A DNA stretch of 64,000 nt from a virus. Taxonomy: Duplodnaviria > Caudoviricetes. A program made the translations under genes and the position numbers. The notes under the pieces are model-generated. The model made no database searches, had not been told where the DNA came from, and saw only the letters and a program-made list of their open reading frames with translations. The DNA is taken from the IMG/VR virus record IMGVR_UViG_3300037400_003797, positions 1 through 64,000 of that record, one strand, 5' to 3'. Each line of letters begins with the position of its first letter. The stretch's first letter is position 1. This document shows, one piece after another, positions 57,414 to 64,000 of the stretch.

Positions 57414-60400
57414 ATGCTGATAATCAACAAAGAAAAGTTTGCAGAGATTCTTAAATCTGCTCTTGGTTCACAGAAAGGGGAACATGATTACATCTACCGT
57501 GTACCGATTGCAGAGAAACATAGTGGAAAGTCTGTCAGAAGGTATAAATATTTATACGCTTGGGAACAGATTAAAAAGCCTTTTGAAAAGCTGGCAGAGT
57601 TTTTCGGAATCAACGAAAAGCAGGTAGATGAAATGTATGCGAAAGAAAACATACAGAAAGATTTCAATGCCGATAAAAAGACTTTTGCGCAGCACCTTGT
57701 TGAATACTTCTCACATCGCAAACAGTGGGACGACCGATTTGCGCCGAAAGAGAATCAGCAGAAATTCAATAAGCCTGTAAAAATGGCGACATTTAAAGAA
57801 AACGCCGATGTACTCTCAAAAGATATGGAAACACCCGCACCAGAGAATGACGAGCCGTCATTGTTCAGCGACAAGGAACTTAAAAAACTTGGGGCAAAAG
57901 ATAAAGGCGAGTGGAAAGCAAACCCTTATTTAATGCGCCGTATCTGGGGAATGTACACAGGAAAGACAATTCAGCAGCAGGAAAAACAGGAACAGGTAGC
58001 AGAAAAGAAAGTTGCTGATGAATCGGCAAAGAAAGAAGAGCAGAAGAAACTCATTGCGGAATTTGCCGAAAAGCATAACCTTGACCCAAAGAAAGTTGAA
58101 GCCGGAATGAAACAGGCTTTCAAAGAACTAGATAACATCGGGAAGAAAACCGAAAAGAAGCCGACAAAAGCGCAGCTTCTTAAAGATGTTATCAAGCCGC
58201 AGTTGTTTGATTTGGGAATTATCCCACATTCACAGATTGAAGCGACAAACACAGAACAGATTGACAATGTACAGGCACTTCTTGAAACAATCGCAACAAT
58301 GCCGAAGATGTACGAGGGCGACCATACGGCAAGGCTGCATTACTTTGTCGGTGGTATGGATTACTACATTACAGAGCTTGGCGACGATGGCGTAGGCTAT
58401 GGTTATGTAGACAACAACGGCGACCCAATGACAAGCGAATGGGGATATGTAGACCTTAAAGAGCTTGCTTCTGCAGGCGACATGAAGGGCTTGAATATTG
58501 ACTATTTCTTCACTCCAAAACTTGTAGGCGACCTTATCAAAGAGAGCGGACACCGTGAACTTGCCGAAGAGTACGAAGATACTTACGGCGAAGAAGAAGC
58601 CGAAATGAAAGAAAAGGTAGAGGACAAGAAGCCTGCTGCACCTAAAAAAGTAGATTGGTTTCAAGCGTTTGCTGGCTCTTGGAACAGATTCTATCCTAAC
58701 GGAACAGGCGGAAAACCTTATTCTAATATCTCAAAGATTGATTCAAAAGGCAGAAAAATTACAGAATCATGGAGAGCGAATTCAAAGACCGATTTGAGCG
58801 GTATTCTTGATAACGCTAATGATTTTGTTTTTGATTGTGAACACCTCGGAGAAAAATCAAGACAGAACTTTATCGAAAGACTTGCTGATTTGGGATTCCA
58901 TGCACAGAAAGAATACACGGACGAAAAAGGCGAAACAAAGTATATGCTGATGATTCGTGACGGCTCAAAAGCCGGGCTTGTTGAAATGATTCCGAATTCT
59001 GATTACAAGAAAAAAGAATACACCGTTATTACTCACGATGAAGCCGGAAACGAAACTGACAAGCAGGTATTCAGCGACATTGACAGCGCACAGGCTTTCA
59101 TGGATAAGCAGAGAAAAGCACTTGAAGCCGGGGAAAGCGAAGCGGAGAAACACGAAAACCGCAGTAATGCAATGCTCGGAAATCAGAACGCAAAGAAATT
59201 CGGTATGCCGGAAGATGTTTACGAAATCATGCGAAACATGGTGAGTGAACAGGTAAACGGACAGGGAATAAAAAATCGTCAAATACTGTTTGAAAAACTG
59301 TATAAAAAAGACGATTATTTTAGAAAGAAACTTGATATGTACGGTGGTACAAGCAATGAAGAAATCACAGGCTATAAACGGTCTGATATTTTCAATGCTC
59401 TGTATGATGATGTAACAGGAGGCGAACATGGAGAAGATAACTCTGGAATTGGACGAAATGGACTTTCCGCAGGTACTAGCGACTTACGGAGCGGAACAGG
59501 CGAAGGAAATGGCAATAGCGATGTGTCTGAAACAGAATCAGCCATTGACGGAAACGAATTTGTACAGCAACCTCGCGAATCTGGAATCGGACTTGGAGAG
59601 CGAAGTTCTGACAATGGACGAAACGGAGCAGGAAGCGGACGAGTAACAAAAGCGACCGCAAAACAAATCCGCGCAAAATGCCTTGAACTTCTCGCAACAA
59701 AGAAAGATTCTGAAATGACCGCAGAAGATAAAGCACTTCTTTCACAGTATGAAGGTGGCGGCGGATTAAATGAGGGCGGGCAGTCTACAAAAGCCGTACT
59801 CACCGAATTCTACACTCCTAGAGATGTTATCTCTAAGGTGTGGGAGCTTGTAGACAAATACAATCCAAATCAGAAGAAAAAAGTTTTAGAGCCGTCTAGC
59901 GGTATCGGACGCTTTGCAGAAGGAAGAAGCGAAGATTTCACACTTTGCGAACTTGACGAAACAAGCGCACGAATTGCCGGAATTCTTCACCCGGATTCAG
60001 AAGTAAAGCAGGGGGCATTTCAAAAGCTCTTCATGCAGAATAACGCCGTAACAGGCTACAAAGGCGAACTGTACGATGTCGCAATCGGAAACCCGCCGTA
60101 TGGAGCTTATAACGACCTTTACAAAGGCATGGGAGAAGGAAAACACCACACACGCTATGAAGAATACTTTATTGACCGCTCTCTTGATACTCTCAAAGAC
60201 GGTGGTATTCTTGCCTTTGTCGTTCCTTCTTCATTCTTGCGGGGCAAAAACGGCAAGGGGAAAGAAGCGATTGCAAAGAAAGGAAAGCTGCTTGAAGCGT
60301 GGCGACTTCCAAAGGGTACATTCAGCAGTACAGATGTCGGAACAGATATTATTGTTATTCAGAAGGGCAAGGGCGATATTGCCGACTATTGCGACAATAA

Positions 60401-63400
60401 ATATTTTGCCGACAATGAATCTCATGTAATCGGACACGAAACAGAAGGAAAAGACCGTTTCGGAAAGCCGACAAAGATTGTAAATCTCCCGGAAGGAAAG
60501 ACAGTTGCAGAAGCAATTTCCATGATTGATACAAAAGCCGTTGAAGTCAAAGAGATTGCAAAGAATGTCGAAGTAAAGACCGTACAGGCTGATTTGTCAA
60601 AACGATTTACAGTTATTGGCAAGTTGCAGGTAGGCGCGGAACTTACACGCCCGGACGGAGCAAAAGGAAAAATCACATACATTACTGACGGCGGAATGAT
60701 TGGTTACGAATTCGACAGTAAGACCAATCCGGGCGGAAGAACAAGCCTTGAAGATTTTGCCGTATTGGACGACAAGGAAACCGCCGAAGAAATCAGCCGC
60801 AAGCGTAGCGAAGCCATGAAGGGCAACGACAACGCAAAAAAGGCTTTTCACAAGCAGATTGTAAAGAAAGCTACAAAAGGCGATGTATTCACACCTTCTA
60901 TCGGTAAGAATATGACAGCGCAGGAATTCAACGCTAAATACTCAAAGGATATTCCAGAAGCCGACATGAAATTCTGGAAAGTAACCGATTGGGAAGGTAA
61001 GGTTGATGTAACGAAACTTACTGATGAAGAGCGTGAGGAACTTAGCAAAAACAAGAACTTTGTGACCGATGAAAACGGAAACTTTGTAAATGTCGCAAAC
61101 TATGCAAGCGGAAACATTGTTGAAAAACTCGCGAAACTTGAAGCTGAAAAAGACCGCATAAGCAAAGAATCTTACGAAGAAAAGAAAGCTATTCTTGAAG
61201 CCGTATTGCCTGCAAGAAAAAATATCATGCAGTTTACAATCTCGCCAAAAGAAAACTTTGCTTTGCAGTTCAAAGACGAGGACGGTATTTCTCTTAAAGA
61301 CAAATTCCTTGCATATTGCGGATTTAATGAAAACGGGGGAATCGACCGGAACTCTCATTGTCCTATTCCAAAGTCAGAGCTTGCGGACGGAATGACAATG
61401 CAGGATATTTGGGATTATGTAAATCAGATTCCTGTAAGAACTGAAAGAACAAGAAACCCAGAGGACGCAGAAACCGCCAAAATGTTTGCGGAGCAGAAAA
61501 AGAACGCAAGACGCGAAACAACAGAAAGGCTTTTCAATAAGTGGTTGCGCGAACTCCCGGAAAGACAGCAGAACGCCATTGAAGATGAATGGAACGCAAG
61601 ATTTAACTCGCGCGTAAACCCAGATTATAAAAAGATTCCGCTTTTCGTTGACGGCATGAACACCCACAAGGGGAAGAAGAAATTCGACATGACCGAACAG
61701 CAGATTAAAGGCGTTTCTATGCTCTGCAATAAGGGCAATGGTATTCTTGCTTATGATGTCGGTGTAGGAAAGACCGTAACAGGTATTGTTGCGACTGTAA
61801 ATCAGATTCAGACAGGAAAAGCAAAACGCCCGATTATCTGTGTACCAAAATCTGTTTACAAGGAATGGATTAAGGAAATTAAGCAGCATTTCCCAAATCA
61901 GACAATAAACGAACTCGGAAATTTCAGCGAAAAGGACTTAGGCAGATTCAAAGATTCTGACGGTAAAGTAAACTTGCCGGAAGGTGCATTGAATGTCTGT
62001 ACTTACGAAGCATTGCAGAAAGTCACTTTCAAAGAGGAAACTCTTAACGGTGATTTGCGTGATGATATGCTTGATTCACAGTCGGTATATGACTATGACG
62101 AATACGGAAACCTCGTAGAAGATACCCGAAGTGAGCGCGAAAAGGCACAGGCAGAAGAAAAGTTGATGAAAATGCTCGGTATTGCAGCAGAAGCAAAGCC
62201 GGGAGCGGTTTATTGGGAAGATTTGGGAATTGACCATATCACAGTAGACGAGCTGCACAACTTCAAAAATGTTTTCTCAATTCCACGCACTTTTGGTAAA
62301 TCTGTACGAAGCACAAACGAAAAGAAAACCGATTATTGGGGAAGAAAGATTAAGGCAGACGACGACCCCGAACAGCTCTCAAACGAATACAGCGGTATGC
62401 AGGGAGCGACATCTGGACGCGCTATGAAACTCTTTGCAATTTCACAGTTGATTCAGAGAGAAACAAACGGTAGGGGATTCTTCGGACTTTCAGCAACGCC
62501 TTTCAATAACTCGCCTGTAGAGATTTACAACATTCTTTCTATGGTGGCAAGAAACCGCCTCAAAGATTTGGAAATCTACAACTTGCAGGACTTTATGAAG
62601 CAGTTTGCAGAAATGAAGCCGGATTGGAAGGTACAGGCAAACGGTGATGTAGTATCAGCACAGGTTATGAAGAACTTCAAAAACCTTAACGCATTGCAGA
62701 ATCTTATTACTGAATTCATCGACAAGGTAGACGGTGAAGAAGCCGGAGTAGTAAGACCATACAAGAGAGTACACAAGCCGGAGCTTGATTTGACACCATT
62801 GCAGAAAGCAATTATTAAGGCTGAAACTGACCGTATGGACGGTAAATTCTCAAAGCCGGGTGACGATAATAAAAACTCTGCTGACGCTCTTATCGCAATG
62901 AACAATATGCGAATGGCTACACTCTCACCAGCATTGATTGACCCGAAATTCTGGGCTGATTATGAGGATTACGAGGGCTGGCACAAACCGCAGATGAAGG
63001 ACATTGTAAAAGAATCGCCTAAGCTGCAATTTGTTTGTGATACGGCAAGCACACAGTACAAGGAAAGACCGACAGAAGGACAGGTAATCTATATGCCGCG
63101 TGGTGTGGAGCAGTATCAGTATGTAAAAGATTATCTTGTTTCTAAAGGTGTTCCGGCTGACGCTATCGCCTTTATGGATTCAAGCACAAGCCTTGCAGAC
63201 AAAGAGCGCATTAAGGACGACTTCAACGATGTGGACGGCAAGATTAAAATTATTATCGGTTCGGAAACAATCAAAGAAGGTGTTTCACTCAATGGAAACT
63301 CTACAACGCTTTATAACACAATGCTTGGCTGGAATCCTACCGAAACAATACAGGTAGAAGGTCGTATCTGGCGACAGAATAACAAACAGGGAATTACTCA

Positions 63401-64000
63401 TATCGTTTATCCGCTTATGAATGATTCCATTGACGCTATGATGTACCAGAAGTATGACGAAAAATCTAGCCGCCTTAACGCATTGTGGAGCTATAAGGGC
63501 GATTCTCTCAATGTTGAGGACATCAACCCGGAAGAGCTGAAATTCGAGCTTATTAAAGACCCGAAAAAGCGTGCAAGCATGAAAATCTTGCAGGAGCAGG
63601 CAGACTTGAAGAAACAGCAGAAAATGACGGATGCGCTTTATGATACCATTGCCGAACAGATGAGCCAAAGAAAGAATCTGATAGGCAATACAGAGTATCA
63701 GACAAAGCAGATACCAGAGTATGAAAAATCTGTTGCGAATTACACTAACCTTGTGGAAGAAGCAGAAAAGAAACTGAAAGCCGCAAAGAAAGCGAAAGAA
63801 GATACTTGGAGAATTGAGCGGGATTTGGAGAACTACAAATATTCTGTAAACTCTTACAAGTCACAGCTTCGATTGGCAAACAAAGCCATTAAAGAAAACG
63901 GCGAATTGATTGCAGCCATTGAAAACTCTTGGAGAAAACAGGGAGTAGATAACCCGGAAAACATCGAGAAAAAACTTTCTGAAATCTCTGCAAGACGACA
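57414..64000 (+). CDS. Giant DarB-like polyvalent protein (DUF2958-like, N6-adenine MTase, SNF2-like helicase); partial, runs off window
   Basis: AAGGAG RBS; LEPSSGIG (about 59886) and GNPPY (60087) checked in frame with ATG 57414; DVGVGKT (about 61760), VDELH (about 62245), QVEGRIWRQ (about 63351); absent from ORF track, consistent with no stop inside the window. Confidence 0.88.
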   Translation, partial: MLIINKEKFAEILKSALGSQKGEHDYIYRVPIAEKHSGKSVRRYKYLYAWEQIKKPFEKLAEFFGINEKQVDEMYAKENIQKDFNADKKTFAQHLVEYFSHRKQWDDRFAPKENQQKFNKPVKMATFKENADVLSKDMETPAPENDEPSLFSDKELKKLGAKDKGEWKANPYLMRRIWGMYTGKTIQQQEKQEQVAEKKVADESAKKEEQKKLIAEFAEKHNLDPKKVEAGMKQAFKELDNIGKKTEKKPTKAQLLKDVIKPQLFDLGIIPHSQIEATNTEQIDNVQALLETIATMPKMYEGDHTARLHYFVGGMDYYITELGDDGVGYGYVDNNGDPMTSEWGYVDLKELASAGDMKGLNIDYFFTPKLVGDLIKESGHRELAEEYEDTYGEEEAEMKEKVEDKKPAAPKKVDWFQAFAGSWNRFYPNGTGGKPYSNISKIDSKGRKITESWRANSKTDLSGILDNANDFVFDCEHLGEKSRQNFIERLADLGFHAQKEYTDEKGETKYMLMIRDGSKAGLVEMIPNSDYKKKEYTVITHDEAGNETDKQVFSDIDSAQAFMDKQRKALEAGESEAEKHENRSNAMLGNQNAKKFGMPEDVYEIMRNMVSEQVNGQGIKNRQILFEKLYKKDDYFRKKLDMYGGTSNEEITGYKRSDIFNALYDDVTGGEHGEDNSGIGRNGLSAGTSDLRSGTGEGNGNSDVSETESAIDGNEFVQQPRESGIGLGERSSDNGRNGAGSGRVTKATAKQIRAKCLELLATKKDSEMTAEDKALLSQYEGGGGLNEGGQSTKAVLTEFYTPRDVISKVWELVDKYNPNQKKKVLEPSSGIGRFAEGRSEDFTLCELDETSARIAGILHPDSEVKQGAFQKLFMQNNAVTGYKGELYDVAIGNPPYGAYNDLYKGMGEGKHHTRYEEYFIDRSLDTLKDGGILAFVVPSSFLRGKNGKGKEAIAKKGKLLEAWRLPKGTFSSTDVGTDIIVIQKGKGDIADYCDNKYFADNESHVIGHETEGKDRFGKPTKIVNLPEGKTVAEAISMIDTKAVEVKEIAKNVEVKTVQADLSKRFTVIGKLQVGAELTRPDGAKGKITYITDGGMIGYEFDSKTNPGGRTSLEDFAVLDDKETAEEISRKRSEAMKGNDNAKKAFHKQIVKKATKGDVFTPSIGKNMTAQEFNAKYSKDIPEADMKFWKVTDWEGKVDVTKLTDEEREELSKNKNFVTDENGNFVNVANYASGNIVEKLAKLEAEKDRISKESYEEKKAILEAVLPARKNIMQFTISPKENFALQFKDEDGISLKDKFLAYCGFNENGGIDRNSHCPIPKSELADGMTMQDIWDYVNQIPVRTERTRNPEDAETAKMFAEQKKNARRETTERLFNKWLRELPERQQNAIEDEWNARFNSRVNPDYKKIPLFVDGMNTHKGKKKFDMTEQQIKGVSMLCNKGNGILAYDVGVGKTVTGIVATVNQIQTGKAKRPIICVPKSVYKEWIKEIKQHFPNQTINELGNFSEKDLGRFKDSDGKVNLPEGALNVCTYEALQKVTFKEETLNGDLRDDMLDSQSVYDYDEYGNLVEDTRSEREKAQAEEKLMKMLGIAAEAKPGAVYWEDLGIDHITVDELHNFKNVFSIPRTFGKSVRSTNEKKTDYWGRKIKADDDPEQLSNEYSGMQGATSGRAMKLFAISQLIQRETNGRGFFGLSATPFNNSPVEIYNILSMVARNRLKDLEIYNLQDFMKQFAEMKPDWKVQANGDVVSAQVMKNFKNLNALQNLITEFIDKVDGEEAGVVRPYKRVHKPELDLTPLQKAIIKAETDRMDGKFSKPGDDNKNSADALIAMNNMRMATLSPALIDPKFWADYEDYEGWHKPQMKDIVKESPKLQFVCDTASTQYKERPTEGQVIYMPRGVEQYQYVKDYLVSKGVPADAIAFMDSSTSLADKERIKDDFNDVDGKIKIIIGSETIKEGVSLNGNSTTLYNTMLGWNPTETIQVEGRIWRQNNKQGITHIVYPLMNDSIDAMMYQKYDEKSSRLNALWSYKGDSLNVEDINPEELKFELIKDPKKRASMKILQEQADLKKQQKMTDALYDTIAEQMSQRKNLIGNTEYQTKQIPEYEKSVANYTNLVEEAEKKLKAAKKAKEDTWRIERDLENYKYSVNSYKSQLRLANKAIKENGELIAAIENSWRKQGVDNPENIEKKLSEISARR
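59428..59646 (+). CDS. Possible nested acidic protein in an alternative frame
   Basis: AGGAGG RBS at 59417-59422; 72 aa with 18 D/E, 3 K and no R. Confidence 0.4.
   Translation: MEKITLELDEMDFPQVLATYGAEQAKEMAIAMCLKQNQPLTETNLYSNLANLESDLESEVLTMDETEQEADE

Noticed and set aside
57439-63668. Many short ORFs listed in the ORF track in this region
   Set aside because: Shadow ORFs of the giant plus-strand gene; only 59428-59646 has a strong RBS and protein-like composition

Overview
The whole window is one temperate, contractile-tailed (myovirus-like) phage with no host housekeeping genes. A spirochete (Treponema-like) host is inferred from gene content only. An apparently intact attP lies beside the tyrosine integrase: a core resembling the 3' end of tmRNA, flanked by 25-bp arm-type repeats, which suggests the excised or free form. 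Modules present: tail tube and chaperones, an opposite-strand accessory operon, baseplate and tail fibre, a complete diversity-generating retroelement (DGR: Avd, TR, RT), lysis genes, a displaced tape-measure-like gene, about six HTH regulators with two paralogous antirepressors, methyltransferases, recombination/replication genes, terminase, portal, MuF-InPase, and a giant DarB-like gene running off the right end. Main highlights: (1) the DGR has two targets, the adjacent tail fibre and a remote, opposite-strand non-structural gene about 15 kb away, both followed by the same cis motif and GTAAT-loop hairpin. (2) Five operon leaders share one RNA architecture (hairpin, overlapping alternative hairpin, terminator), each with its own pair of complementary loop sequences. 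(3) A C5-methyltransferase-like gene is frameshifted at a (CTTGT)7 repeat. (4) A tRNA-like RNA is followed by a structured non-coding region. (5) An acidic ORF is nested inside the DarB-like gene. All product calls come from motifs and gene context read by eye; no database searches were run.
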